64,000 nucleotides of DNA. Origin: Rubrimonas sp. Its GTDB lineage: Bacteria; Pseudomonadota; Alphaproteobacteria; Rhodobacterales; Rhodobacteraceae. Below the pieces are notes generated by a model, which was given only the letters and a program-made list of their open reading frames with translations, made no database searches and was not told the DNA's origin. Shown here piece by piece: positions 1-14,545 of this stretch. The first letter of the stretch is position 1, and the number at the start of each line of letters is the position of its first letter. The stretch lies in contig NZ_DAIQNN010000006.1 in NCBI RefSeq assembly GCF_036788415.1, positions 1,906 through 65,905 of the forward strand. The letters are read 5' to 3'. The position numbers were made by a program, and so were the translations under genes.

Positions 1-785
1 ATGCGCAGCTCCTTGAGCAGCGTGGCGTTGAAGGAGATCTCGTTGAGGCGGCTCTGGATGTCTCGCGCGTCCTTGGGCACACCGGGGCGCTCGACGGGGT
101 TGATCTGCACCAGCACGACGTCATGCGCGTCGCATTCGTTGACCAGCGGCGTGATGGTCGGATTGCCCGAGAAGCCGCCATCCCAATAGGCCTCGCCGTC
201 GATCTCGACCGCCTTGTGGAGCGTCGGCAGGCAGGCCGAGGCGAGGAGCACTTCCGGCGTGATCTCGTGCCGGCGGAACACCCGCCCGCGCCCGGTCCGA
301 ACATTGGTCGCGGTGATGAAGAGCTTGACCGGACCGTTCGCGATCGCCTCGAAATCGAGCATGTCGCACAGAAGGTCGCGCAGCGGATTGTAGTCGCCCA
401 TGCCGATGGCGTAGGGCGATATCAGTCGCGCCATCAGATCCGCCGCCAGATAGGCGGGCGAGTTGTCGAGCGTCCAGCGCCCCATGATCTTGTCGAGCGG
501 CGTGCGCTGGAAAGGGCTCATCGCCGCAGCGCGCGAGACGCGCCGCCAGAACTCCGCCAGCGCCGCCCGCGCTCCCTCGCGCCCGCCCGTCGCCATGCCA
601 TGGGCGAGGACGACCGCGTTCATCGCGCCGGCGGAGGTGCCGGAAATCCCCTCGATCTCGATCCAGGGCGCTTCGAGCATCCGGTCGAGCACGCCCCAGG
701 TGAACGCCCCGTGCGAGCCGCCGCCTTGCAGGGCGAGGTCGATCAGCAGCGTCTCGCGGGGGGCGGCGCCCTTGGCGTCTGTCAT
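1..785 (-). CDS. Patatin-like phospholipase (partial; C-terminus beyond left edge)
   Basis: Not in the ORF track because it runs off the edge. My reverse translation from ATG at 785..783 gives MTDAKGAAPRETLLIDLALQGGGSHGAFTWGVL...GISGTSAGAMNAVV...AYWDGGFSGNP. These are the patatin GGGxxG loop, the GxSxG nucleophile elbow and the DGG Asp motif. Confidence 0.8.
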   Translation of the reverse strand, partial: MTDAKGAAPRETLLIDLALQGGGSHGAFTWGVLDRMLEAPWIEIEGISGTSAGAMNAVVLAHGMATGGREGARAALAEFWRRVSRAAAMSPFQRTPLDKIMGRWTLDNSPAYLAADLMARLISPYAIGMGDYNPLRDLLCDMLDFEAIANGPVKLFITATNVRTGRGRVFRRHEITPEVLLASACLPTLHKAVEIDGEAYWDGGFSGNPTITPLVNECDAHDVVLVQINPVERPGVPKDARDIQSRLNEISFNATLLKELR

Positions 786-855
786 CTCGACATGTCTCCG
801 ATCAAGCGTTGTGCGGCGCAATAGACTCCATAACGATTCGGCGCAATCGCGCCTC

Positions 856-2061
856 TCACGCCGCGCCTGCGCGCAGCGTCCCGGGCGCTGGCCAGACCAG
901 CGCCGCGACCAGCGTCGCCACGGTCGCGACGCCCGCGAAGACCAGCGAGGCGACCTGCATCGACACGGCCACGTCGAGCGCGCCCGCCGCCGCATAGCCC
1001 GCGCCGCTCGCCAGCGCCCCGAGCGCGAGATTGGCCGCATAGACGCTCTGGCGGCTGTCCGCCGGCGCAGCCCGCCGGATCAGCGCCGCCGCCGGCGCCT
1101 GCGCCATCGCCGCGCCGAACCCGGCCACGGCCCAGAGCGCCAGCAGGCTGCCATAGAGCGACACGCCCGCCGAGAGCGCCAGCGCCCCCGCCATGGTCGC
1201 GCCGCCTGCGAGCATCAGCGCGCGCTCCCCGCGCTCGGCCATCAGCCGCGGCAGCATCAGCGCGCCGATCACCGCGCCGAGCCCGAAGGCCGCCAGCGCC
1301 GCCGCCGCCCAGCGCCCTTCGAGGCCGAATTTCCCCAGCACCAGCGGCGCGGTGTTGACCGTGATCATCGCCGTCGCCGCCCCCACCCCCAGCGCGAGCG
1401 GCGCGAGCCCCGCCAGCGCCGGCGCAGACAGCAGGATGCGGAACCCCGCGACTGGCCCGACCGCCGCCCCTTCGCGCGCGCCCCGCGGCAGACGCGCCCG
1501 CGCGACCAGCAGCGCCGAGAGCAGGAACGCCGCCATGGTCGCGATCAGCAGCCCGCGTGGGCTGAGCGCGATCAGCAGCGCCGCGGCGACCAGCGGGCTG
1601 ATGGCGCCCTCCACTTCCTGCGCGATGCGCGAGCGCGCGAGCGACTGCGCGTAGTCCCCCGGCTCGGGCAGCAACAGCGGCACGCTCGCCTGATAGGCGG
1701 GGGTGAAGGCCGCCGAAGCGAGCGAGAACAGCGCGATCAGCGCGTAGAGCTGCCAGATCTCGCTCGCGAAAGGCAAGGCGAGCAGCGCGCCCGCGCGCAG
1801 CAGATCCAGCCCGATCATCAGCGGCCGCCGCGCCGCCCGCGCCGTCAGCGCCGCGGCGAGCGGCGCGCCCAGCACATAGGCCAGCGTCTTGATCGACAGC
1901 GCCGCCCCGATCACCGCAGGCGCATCGGCCTCGCCCGCGAGCTCGTAGGCCAGCAGCGACAGCGCGACCACGGCGACGCCGGTGCCCAGCAGCGCCAGAA
2001 GATAGGCCGAGAACAGCTTGTAATAGCTCGCCTTGTCGGTCACGCCCGAACCCTCCGGCAC
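856..2061 (-). CDS. MFS transporter
   Basis: 401-aa ORF, about 12 hydrophobic helices, Ala/Leu/Gly-rich. Abuts the next gene (stop of the 2062 gene directly follows). Confidence 0.75.
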   Translation of the reverse strand: MPEGSGVTDKASYYKLFSAYLLALLGTGVAVVALSLLAYELAGEADAPAVIGAALSIKTLAYVLGAPLAAALTARAARRPLMIGLDLLRAGALLALPFASEIWQLYALIALFSLASAAFTPAYQASVPLLLPEPGDYAQSLARSRIAQEVEGAISPLVAAALLIALSPRGLLIATMAAFLLSALLVARARLPRGAREGAAVGPVAGFRILLSAPALAGLAPLALGVGAATAMITVNTAPLVLGKFGLEGRWAAAALAAFGLGAVIGALMLPRLMAERGERALMLAGGATMAGALALSAGVSLYGSLLALWAVAGFGAAMAQAPAAALIRRAAPADSRQSVYAANLALGALASGAGYAAAGALDVAVSMQVASLVFAGVATVATLVAALVWPAPGTLRAGAA

Positions 2062-3129
2062 CTACCCGCGCGGGGCGCCCAGCTCGCCCTTGCGCGACAG
2101 CATCACCGCGAAGGGCCGGGTGCTCTCGAACTCCGACAGCACCACCACCGCCACGGCCATGATCGGCACCGAGAACACCGCCCCCGCCACGCCCCACAGG
2201 CTCGTCCAGAAGGTCAGCCCCACGAGGATCGCCCAGGGGCTGAGGTTGAGCGAATCCCCCATCACCTTGGGCGCGACGATGTTGCCGATCAGGAACTGCG
2301 CCCCCGCCAGCCAGATCGCCAGCCAAACCGCCGCGCCCGGCTCTGGGAACTGCACCAGCGCCGCCGCCACCGGGAAGGCGACGCCGATGAAGGAGCCGAA
2401 ATAGGGGATGAAGTTCAGCGCCGCGATCACGATGGCGAACACCACTGCGAACTCCAGCCCGAAGGCCCGCATGATGGCCCAGGACAGCACGCCCAGCGCG
2501 ATGTTGAGCAGCGTCTGCACCGCCAGATACCGCCCGACCCGCGCGCTCACGTCGTCGAGCACCTCGCCGAGCCGCGCCCGCTGCGCCGGCTCCAGCCCCA
2601 GCTTGCCGAGCTTCTCCACGAAGTCCCGCCGCTCGACCATGAGGAAGCCGATGTTGAGCAACACGAAGACCAGCACCGCCAGCATCGCCGCGATCGATCC
2701 GGCGGCGGCGCGCAGGAAGGAGGGCAGGTTGAGCACCCGCGCCGTCTCGGCCCGCAGCTCGCGCAGCGCCTCCTCATGGTCGAGGTCGAGGAACATCGCG
2801 ATGCGCTGGAAGGCGTCGAGCAGCGCCGTCTGGTAGTTCGGCGCCCGCGCGGCCAGCGCCCCGATGTTGGCGATGGCGAGCGCGACGAGTTCGACCAGCA
2901 GGAACACGATCAGCCCCGCTGCGATCAGGTCGCGCCCCCAGCCGGGCAGGGCGGCGAGGCGGGGGATGCGGGTCAGCAGATTGGACAGGCCGGTGATGAC
3001 GAAAACCGCCAGCACCGCCGCCACGATTGGCGTCAGCAGCCCCCGCCCGACGAACAGAATCCAGCCGACCATCAGCGCCAGCGCGACGGCGTAGGCGCCG
3101 TTCGCGAGCCGACGATCCGCCCCGCCCAT
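2062..3129 (-). CDS. AI-2E family (PerM/UPF0118) transporter
   Basis: 355-aa polytopic ORF with the typical C-terminal block ...FIPYFGSFIGVAFPV...PKVMGDSLNLSPWAILVGLTFWTSLWGVAGAVFSVPIMAV. Confidence 0.8.
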   Translation of the reverse strand: MGGADRRLANGAYAVALALMVGWILFVGRGLLTPIVAAVLAVFVITGLSNLLTRIPRLAALPGWGRDLIAAGLIVFLLVELVALAIANIGALAARAPNYQTALLDAFQRIAMFLDLDHEEALRELRAETARVLNLPSFLRAAAGSIAAMLAVLVFVLLNIGFLMVERRDFVEKLGKLGLEPAQRARLGEVLDDVSARVGRYLAVQTLLNIALGVLSWAIMRAFGLEFAVVFAIVIAALNFIPYFGSFIGVAFPVAAALVQFPEPGAAVWLAIWLAGAQFLIGNIVAPKVMGDSLNLSPWAILVGLTFWTSLWGVAGAVFSVPIMAVAVVVLSEFESTRPFAVMLSRKGELGAPRG

Positions 3130-3153
3130 CCCGGGCGCCCCCTGCGCCGGGTC

Positions 3154-3654
3154 TCAGGCGCCGGCCGGCTTCTCGATCAGCGCCTTGAGCTTGGCTTCCT
3201 GCTCGCCGCTGAGCGAGGTGTGGATCACCCGGCCCTTCTCGCGGAAAGCGCCGAGCCGCTCCAGCACCTTGTCGCCGGTCACCCGCCGCACCAGCACGAA
3301 CAGCGCCGAGCCGCCCTCGGGCAGCCCGTTCGCCATCTCGCGGATCGTGTCGTCGTTGATCCCGATGTCGGTCAGCCGCCCCGAGATCGCGCCCGCGCCC
3401 GCGCCCACCGCCGCGCCGACCAGCGGGTTGAGGAACAGCAAGCCGATCAGCGCGCCCCACATCGCGCCGCCCGCAGCGCCCGCCGCCGTCAGGTTCACCG
3501 CCTGATGCAGCTTCACGTCGCCCCCCGCCTCGCGGGTGACGACGACCACATCCTCCATCTCGATCAGATATTCCTTCTGGAACTTCACCAGCTCCGCCCG
3601 CAGGTCGAAGGCGGAGGCGGCGTCGTCGAATTCGACGGCGATCAGGTCGGCCAT
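3154..3654 (-). CDS. DUF1269-type membrane protein
   Basis: Trimmed to MADLIAVEFDDAASAFDLRAELVKFQKEYLIEMEDVVVV... (ATG 3654..3652). Gly-rich TM segment GAAGGAMWGALIGLLFLNPLVGAAVGAGAGA. The upstream 130 aa of the tracked ORF are Arg-rich artefact. Confidence 0.7.
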   Translation of the reverse strand: MADLIAVEFDDAASAFDLRAELVKFQKEYLIEMEDVVVVTREAGGDVKLHQAVNLTAAGAAGGAMWGALIGLLFLNPLVGAAVGAGAGAISGRLTDIGINDDTIREMANGLPEGGSALFVLVRRVTGDKVLERLGAFREKGRVIHTSLSGEQEAKLKALIEKPAGA

Positions 3655-3695
3655 TGAAGCGATCCTCTGACGGGCTTGCTCGGGGTGAAGTCGGT

Positions 3696-4301
3696 TCAGT
3701 CGGCGCGCGCAGCGCGCGACGTCACGCGGTAGAGCAGCCAGAGGCCCGACACAAGCACGATGATCTCCGCCCCGATGGTCAGCGCGAGGGTCATCAGCCC
3801 GAGCATATCGAGCGCGGAAATCCACGTCGCGCCGGCCTCCGCCGTCTGCACCACCATCGCGCCCGCCTGCGGGGCTTCGAGGAAGCGCACGAGCAGATAG
3901 ACCACCTCCGCCGTCAGCACGACCAGCGAGAAGAGGATACCGACGCTGCTGGCCACAAGGCCGACCCAGACCGCGCGCACCAGCTTCGGCGGATCGGCGC
4001 GCTCGCCGCCTTCCTCGAGCCGACGCCCGCGCTTCATGTGCCGCCACGCCCAGAAGGTCGTGAACAGCAGGATCGCGAAGCCGAGCGCGGACATGTAGCC
4101 GAGCAAGTTCAGCGACGAGCCCGGCGACTGGGCGTTGGGGATCGAGGCGAAAATGCCCGAGATCACCGCGACCGGCAGGATCGCGATGAAAAGCTGCGTC
4201 CAGAAGGTGATCGCGCCCACCTGCCAGAACGATCTGCCGAGGCTCTCGCTCAGCGGGTCCAGCGCCTGCGGTTGCGCGGCGGATTGCGCGGCGTCGCTCA
4301 T
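3696..4301 (-). CDS. Small 4-TM membrane protein (DUF3611-like)
   Basis: Trimmed to MSDAAQSAAQPQALDPLSESLGRSFWQVGAITFWTQLFIAILPV... (ATG 4301..4299). Four clear hydrophobic helices. Family assignment is from memory only. Confidence 0.55.
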   Translation of the reverse strand: MSDAAQSAAQPQALDPLSESLGRSFWQVGAITFWTQLFIAILPVAVISGIFASIPNAQSPGSSLNLLGYMSALGFAILLFTTFWAWRHMKRGRRLEEGGERADPPKLVRAVWVGLVASSVGILFSLVVLTAEVVYLLVRFLEAPQAGAMVVQTAEAGATWISALDMLGLMTLALTIGAEIIVLVSGLWLLYRVTSRAARAD

Positions 4302-4478
4302 AACATATCTCCCCCGTTCCTGTTTTTCGTCTTGCCGCAGAATGTTACGCCGAACGCCGACGGTTTCCAACCAGCGAACGCGCGACGGTTCCGCGACACC
4401 GCGCCGACCTTCGCGATCCCGCTTGCGTCCTTGCGCGCGAGCGGGGACAACTCCGACGCCACCAGGAGGTCGAAGGTC

Positions 4479-5828
4479 ATGCGAGAGAGCTCTGCGACGC
4501 GGTCGCAATGGCGTTGGCCGATCCGGATCGGCGCGACGCTCGCCGCCCTCGGCCTGATCTGGTTTCTCACCGGCTGGACGCCGCTCGCGACACTGGCGGC
4601 GCGCCTGACCATCTCGGCCGAGTCGGTCATCCCCGAACTCGCGCCCGACGAGGAATACGAGGCCGTCATCCCCTATTACGCCGAAATCTGCGCCACCAGC
4701 CAGTGGCGCAAGCAGGTCGGCGGCGGCGGCAATCCGTTCGGCCACGCCATCATCTATCTCAAGGGCGCCTGCGTGGACGAGGAGGCGCCCTTTCCCCAAC
4801 TCCGCCGCTGCGCGAGCGTCGCCGAAACCTCGACCGACCCCGAGCATGGCGCGGGCGTCAGCGTCGGACGCTTCTTCCGCAACGTGAACTGGATCGCCGT
4901 GCCGGGCCGCGCGCTCACTTTCGAGGGCCTCGTCGCCCCCGACGAGCGGCTCACGCAGGAGCGCCTCGACGAAACTGTCCAGCACGCCATCGACGCAGGC
5001 CTCTTCCGCGGCGTCGAACTCCACGCCCCCTACAGCGCCGCCACGCGCGAGGATCTGGCCGCCTATATCGGCTCGCACTCCGTCGGCACCGATTTCGCGC
5101 TGCGCTACGCCCGCAACGTGTTCTGCGCGCGCGTGCCCATCCCCGAGCCCGCGCTGGAGGAGGCGATCGCCTTTCTCAACGACAAGAACCGCGAATACGC
5201 CGAGGGCGAGGCCGACTACAACTGGAGCCTGTTCAACCACAACTGCGTGCACACCGTCCGCAACGCGCTGGCGGCGGCGAATTTCTGGGGGCCGATCTCG
5301 GTCGGCGAAGTCAAGCTGCGCGCGCTGTTCAACCTCGCCGTGCCCGCCAACGAGTTCGTCAATCTCGCGCTGCTCGGCGCCGACGGTCCGCTGTCGGCGC
5401 CTCAGGTCGCGCGCGACCGCCATGTGCGCGACGCGCTGCACGAATGGGGCTGGACGCCCACCCGCCACGGCGCCGTGGTCAAGTTCCTGCCCGCGATCCG
5501 CGACAACGCGCTCTTCGTGCCCGACTTCCAGCTCTTCGCGGTGCAGTCGCTGCTCTGGATGCCGGCGACTCAGGCGACCATGGCGCTGATGGAGGAGCCG
5601 CGCCATGTCGATCTCGAGACCAACCTGCGCTGGTTCATCGACCGCTACGCCGCCGAGGAGGCGCGGCACGAAGCGGTCCGCGACCCGCTGGCCAGCGTTC
5701 GCGGCGACGCCGAGCGGCGGCTGTCGCGACTGCATCTCGACCACATCCGCGCCCAGCGCGCCGACGCGGAGGCGATGCTCGCCGAGGTGGTCTCATTGAA
5801 GGCCGCCCATGCGCAGGCAGGTCCATGA
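4479..5828 (+). CDS. Membrane-anchored hypothetical protein with DUF4105/Lnb-like motifs
   Basis: ATG 4479 preceded by AGGAGG. N-terminal TM helix (IGATLAALGLIWFLTGW). Motifs NPFGHAIIYLKG (GH at 4740-4745) and ADYNWSLFNHNCVHTVRNAL (NC at 5241-5246). Stop overlaps the next start (ATGA). Confidence 0.6.
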   Translation: MRESSATRSQWRWPIRIGATLAALGLIWFLTGWTPLATLAARLTISAESVIPELAPDEEYEAVIPYYAEICATSQWRKQVGGGGNPFGHAIIYLKGACVDEEAPFPQLRRCASVAETSTDPEHGAGVSVGRFFRNVNWIAVPGRALTFEGLVAPDERLTQERLDETVQHAIDAGLFRGVELHAPYSAATREDLAAYIGSHSVGTDFALRYARNVFCARVPIPEPALEEAIAFLNDKNREYAEGEADYNWSLFNHNCVHTVRNALAAANFWGPISVGEVKLRALFNLAVPANEFVNLALLGADGPLSAPQVARDRHVRDALHEWGWTPTRHGAVVKFLPAIRDNALFVPDFQLFAVQSLLWMPATQATMALMEEPRHVDLETNLRWFIDRYAAEEARHEAVRDPLASVRGDAERRLSRLHLDHIRAQRADAEAMLAEVVSLKAAHAQAGP

Positions 5829-6811
5829 GCGCGGACCTCCCCGAGATCCCGCTGGTCGAGGCCGGCGAGGACTGGGTTGTCGAGACGCTTCGAACTCATG
5901 CCGACCGCGCCCACGCGCTGATCGAGGCCGGGGCGGGGAGCCTGCCGACGGCGGCGATCCGCATGGCCGACGCGGTGTCGCGGCGCTGGCTCGCCCGCCA
6001 CCGCGCGCCGCAACTCGCCGAACTCGACCGCATCGCCGCGATCATTGGCCGGCCCGGCGCGCATTACCTCAACGTCAGCTACGAGTGGGGGTGCAGCTGC
6101 GCCGCCGGCCCTTCGCCGGACGGCGCGTCGGCGCGCCTTCTGCGTGTGCTCGACTGGCCCGATCCGGGCCTCGGGCGGTATGTGATGGCGGTGCGGGTCG
6201 CCAGTCCGCTCGGGCGCTGGCTGACCCTCACCTGGCCGGGTTACGCTGGCGTCCTTCAGGCCGTGGCGCCGGGCCGGTTCGCGGCTGCGCTCAATCAGGC
6301 GCCGCTCGACGGACCGACTGGGCTGTTCGCGCTCGACTGGGTCGCCGCGCGCGGAAAAGTCTGGCGCAGGCCGCACCCGACCGCCTCGCATCTGTTGCGC
6401 CGCGTCTTCGAGACGGCGCCCGACTTCGCCGCCGCCCGCAGGATGCTGTCCGAGACGCCCGTCGCCGCCGGCGCCATTTTCACGCTCGCAGGGGTCCGCC
6501 CCGAGGAGAGTTGCGTCATCGAGCGCCGCCCCGATACCGCCCATGTGATCGACGGCCCCGCGCGCGCCGTGAACGCCTGGCAGTCGCCCGGCTGGAAGGG
6601 CCTGCCGCGCGGCGACGACAACCCTCGCCGCCTCGACGCGATGGCCGCCGCCGCGCTGACGCTCGACCCGGCCCTCCCGTGGCTGCGACCCCCCGTGCTC
6701 AACGACCGCACCCGCCTCGTCTTCGCCGCCGATCCCTCCACCGGCGCTTTCGTCGCCCAGGGGCGCGAGGCCGACGGGCCGGCGACCCGCACGCTGGAGG
6801 CGGCAGCGTGA
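5825..6811 (+). CDS. Acid ceramidase / NAAA-like Ntn (linear amide C-N) hydrolase
   Basis: ATGA overlap with the upstream gene. Blocks align with my recollection of human acid ceramidase: LNVSYEWGCSCAA (vs LNLAYELFTICTSIV, Cys codon 6092-6094), LLRVLDW (vs HGRNMDF), WPGYAGVLQAVAPGRFAAALNQ (vs [22 protein letters not shown]), AGAIFTLAGVRPEESCVIERRPD (vs [23 protein letters not shown]). Confidence 0.7.
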   Translation: MSADLPEIPLVEAGEDWVVETLRTHADRAHALIEAGAGSLPTAAIRMADAVSRRWLARHRAPQLAELDRIAAIIGRPGAHYLNVSYEWGCSCAAGPSPDGASARLLRVLDWPDPGLGRYVMAVRVASPLGRWLTLTWPGYAGVLQAVAPGRFAAALNQAPLDGPTGLFALDWVAARGKVWRRPHPTASHLLRRVFETAPDFAAARRMLSETPVAAGAIFTLAGVRPEESCVIERRPDTAHVIDGPARAVNAWQSPGWKGLPRGDDNPRRLDAMAAAALTLDPALPWLRPPVLNDRTRLVFAADPSTGAFVAQGREADGPATRTLEAAA

Positions 6812-6906
6812 GCGAGCGTCGCCCCCCTCCCTCGCATTGCCCGCCCCGGCGCGCGCGCCTATAGTCGCGCCCGAGAGGCCGCAAGGCCCGCGAGCAGGAG
6901 ACCACC

Positions 6907-9643
<2,737 letters not shown>

Positions 9644-9660
<17 letters not shown>

Positions 9661-10498
9661 GCCGCCGCGGCGGCGCGCTTTCGGGGCGATCGCGGCATTC
9701 TGCGCCCTGTGGCTCGGGCTCGCTCCGGCGCAGGCCGCCCCCGCCCGCGTCGTGTCGATGAATCTCTGCGCCGACCAGCTGGCGATGCTCCTCGCCGCGC
9801 CCGGCCAGCTCGTCGGCGTGTCGGACTGGGCGGCGCGGCCCGAGGCCTCGAACATGGCGGAACAGGCGCGGGCTTATCCGCTCAACTCGGGCTCGGCGGA
9901 GCAGGTCTTCCTCGCGCGCCCCGATCTGGTGCTCGCCGGCGCGTTCTCCGACCCGGTGACGGTCGCGATGCTGCGCCGGCTGGGGCTGGAGGTGGCCCTC
10001 CTCCCCGCAGCCTCCGGCTTCGCGGACATCCCCGTCCTCATCCGCGAGATCGGACGGCTGCTGGGCCGCGCGGCGCAGGCGGAGGCGCTCGTCGCCGAGT
10101 TCGAGACCGGGCTGGCCGCGCTTGCGGCGCAGGCCCGCGACCTGCCCCGCCAAGCCGGCGCCTATCACTATCCCAACAACTACACCTCCGGCGCCGGCAC
10201 CCTCGCGCATGACGCGATGGACGCCGCGGGGCTCGACAACGCCACCGCCGCGCTCGGCCTGACCAGCACGGCGCAGATCGAACTAGAGGCGCTGGTGATG
10301 GCGCGGCCCTTCCTGATCCGCACGCGCGCCATCTCGCAGGGCCGGCACGGGCGCGCCTATGAGAGCGCCGCACACCCCGCGCTGCGCGCGCTCGACGCGA
10401 AGGGCGGCGCGGTGGTGGAGGAGCGCTGGCAGGTCTGCGGCGCGCCCTTCGTGCTGGAGGCGGTGGCCGCGCTGCTGGCGGCGCGCGGCGCGCAGTGA
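9644..10498 (+). CDS. ABC transporter periplasmic binding protein (class III, BtuF/FhuD/HemT-like)
   Basis: Signal peptide [16 protein letters not shown], then [16 protein letters not shown]...PDLVLAG. Followed by a FecCD permease and an ATPase with 4-nt overlaps. Confidence 0.8.
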
Positions 10499-11499
10499 CC
10501 TCGGACCGCCGCTTCCGTCTGCTGCTCTGGACGCTCGGCGCCATCGCGGCGGCGCTGTTCTGCGCCTCGCTGCTGACCGGGCCGGCGGGCCTGAGCCTCG
10601 ACCAGAGCCTCGGCGCGCTGCTCGCGGGCGAAGGCGACGCGGCGACGCTGGTGATGCGCGAGATCCGCCTGCCCCGCGCGATCCTGGGGCTGGCCATCGG
10701 CGCCTCCCTCGGCCTGTCGGGGGCGGCGCTGCAGGGCTATCTGCGCAACCCGCTCGCCGAACCGGGGCTGATCGGCGTGTCGTCCACGGCGGCGCTGGGG
10801 GCGGTGCTGGCGATCCATACGGGGCTCGCGGCGAGCCTGCCGCTCGCCCTCCCGCTCTCGGCGCTGGCGGGGGCGCTGCTGGCGGTGTTCGTCGTGCTGG
10901 CGATGGCGGGCGGCGCGGCCTCCACGATCACGCTGATCCTCGCGGGCGTCGCGGTGACCAGCTTCGCCGGCGCGATGACCTCGCTCGCGCTCAACCTCTC
11001 GCCCAACCCCTTCGCGGCGGTCGAGATCGTGTTCTGGATGCTGGGGTCGCTGTCGGACCGCTCCTGGCTGCATGTCCAGCTCGCTTTGCCGTTCATGGCG
11101 CTGGGCTGGGCGCTGCTGGCTGGCCTCGGGCGCGGGCTCGACGCGCTGACGCTGGGCGAGGACGCCGCGGCCTCGCTCGGCGTTCGGCTCGACCGGCTGC
11201 GGCTCGCCGCGGTGATCGGGACGGCGGCGAGCATCGGCGCGGCGACGGCGGTGGCGGGCGCAGTCGGCTTCGTCGGGCTGGTCGTTCCGCATCTGCTGCG
11301 GCCGCTGGTGGGCGCGCAGCCCTCGCGGCTTCTGCCGGCCTCGGCCCTCGGCGGCGCGGCGATGCTGCTCGCGGCCGATGTCGCGGTGCGGGTGATCGCG
11401 CCGGGGCGCGACCTCAAGCTCGGCGTGCTGACGGCGCTGGTCGGCGCGCCGTTCTTCCTTTGGCTCGTGCTGCGCAGCCGAAAGGGAGGGCTGGCGTGA
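10495..11499 (+). CDS. FecCD-family ABC permease (iron-siderophore/heme/cobalamin type)
   Basis: 334 aa. [39 protein letters not shown]... and C-terminal [18 protein letters not shown], typical of BtuC/FecCD. Confidence 0.9.
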   Translation: MTSDRRFRLLLWTLGAIAAALFCASLLTGPAGLSLDQSLGALLAGEGDAATLVMREIRLPRAILGLAIGASLGLSGAALQGYLRNPLAEPGLIGVSSTAALGAVLAIHTGLAASLPLALPLSALAGALLAVFVVLAMAGGAASTITLILAGVAVTSFAGAMTSLALNLSPNPFAAVEIVFWMLGSLSDRSWLHVQLALPFMALGWALLAGLGRGLDALTLGEDAAASLGVRLDRLRLAAVIGTAASIGAATAVAGAVGFVGLVVPHLLRPLVGAQPSRLLPASALGGAAMLLAADVAVRVIAPGRDLKLGVLTALVGAPFFLWLVLRSRKGGLA

Positions 11500-12269
11500 G
11501 CCCGCTTCTGGAGTTGCGCGATCTGCGCGTGAAGCTGGGCGCGCGGGAGGCGGTGCGGGGCGTGACGCTGGCGCTGGCGCGCGGCGCGTTCGTCGGGCTG
11601 ATCGGGCCGAACGGGGCCGGCAAATCCACGCTGATGCGCGCCGCGCTGGGGCTTATCCCGGCGCAGGGCGACCGCCTGCTCGGCGGCGACCCGGTCGCCC
11701 GCCTCGCCCCGCCCGAGCGCGCCCGCCGCGCCGCCTGGGCGCCGCAGGAGCGCGAGATCGCCTGGCCCCTGCCCGTCCGCGCGCTGGTGGCGCTTGGGCG
11801 CGCGCCGCATCGCGCCGGTCCCGCGACGGCGCGGGACGCGCGCGCCGTCGACGCAGCGATGGCGCGGATGGACGTCGCCCAGTTCGCCGACCGCCCCGCC
11901 GACCAGCTGTCGGGCGGCGAGCGGGCGCGCGCGTTGATCGCCCGTGCGCTCGCGCAGGAGGCGCCGCTGCTGCTGGCCGACGAGCCGACTGCGGGCCTCG
12001 ACCCCGCTCATCAGATCGCGCTGATGGAGGCGTTCGCCGCACTCGCCGCAGAGGGGCGCGGGGTGATGGCCTCGCTGCACGATCTGGGGCTGGCCGCGCG
12101 CTGGTGCCATCGGCTGATCCTGCTGGATGCGGGCCGCGTCGCCGCCGAAGGCCCGCCGCGCGAGGTGCTGACGCCGGAGCTGCTCGCCCGCATCTACGGC
12201 GTGCGCGCGCATCTGGACTGGGGGCCGGAGGGGCCGGTGGTGCAGCCCACGGGCCTCGCCCGCGCTTGA
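11496..12269 (+). CDS. ABC transporter ATP-binding protein (FecE/BtuD-like)
   Basis: GTGA overlap start at 11496. Walker [10 protein letters not shown], signature LSGGERARA, Walker [13 protein letters not shown]. Confidence 0.9.
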   Translation: MSPLLELRDLRVKLGAREAVRGVTLALARGAFVGLIGPNGAGKSTLMRAALGLIPAQGDRLLGGDPVARLAPPERARRAAWAPQEREIAWPLPVRALVALGRAPHRAGPATARDARAVDAAMARMDVAQFADRPADQLSGGERARALIARALAQEAPLLLADEPTAGLDPAHQIALMEAFAALAAEGRGVMASLHDLGLAARWCHRLILLDAGRVAAEGPPREVLTPELLARIYGVRAHLDWGPEGPVVQPTGLARA

Positions 12270-12325
12270 CAGCCGGGCGCCCGCGCGCGATGCGACGCCC
12301 GGCCCATCGCCGAGGGAGCGCCCGA

Positions 12326-14535
<2,210 letters not shown>

Positions 14536-14545
<10 letters not shown>

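Noticed and set aside
463-3657. 1064-aa plus-strand ORF (Arg/Gln/Asp/Pro-rich), and similar giants at 782-2326, 3654-5828 (5' part), 3696-5744 (5' part), 13345-16167, 17528-19435, 20759-22717, 27225-29100, 38158-40134 and 43307-45967 (5' part).
   Set aside because: These have low-complexity Arg/Ala/Pro/Gly-rich composition typical of out-of-frame or antisense reading of very GC-rich coding DNA. Each overlaps a gene with clear family motifs on another frame or strand. Where a real gene shares the frame, I trimmed it to the Met/Val with an RBS or stop-start overlap.
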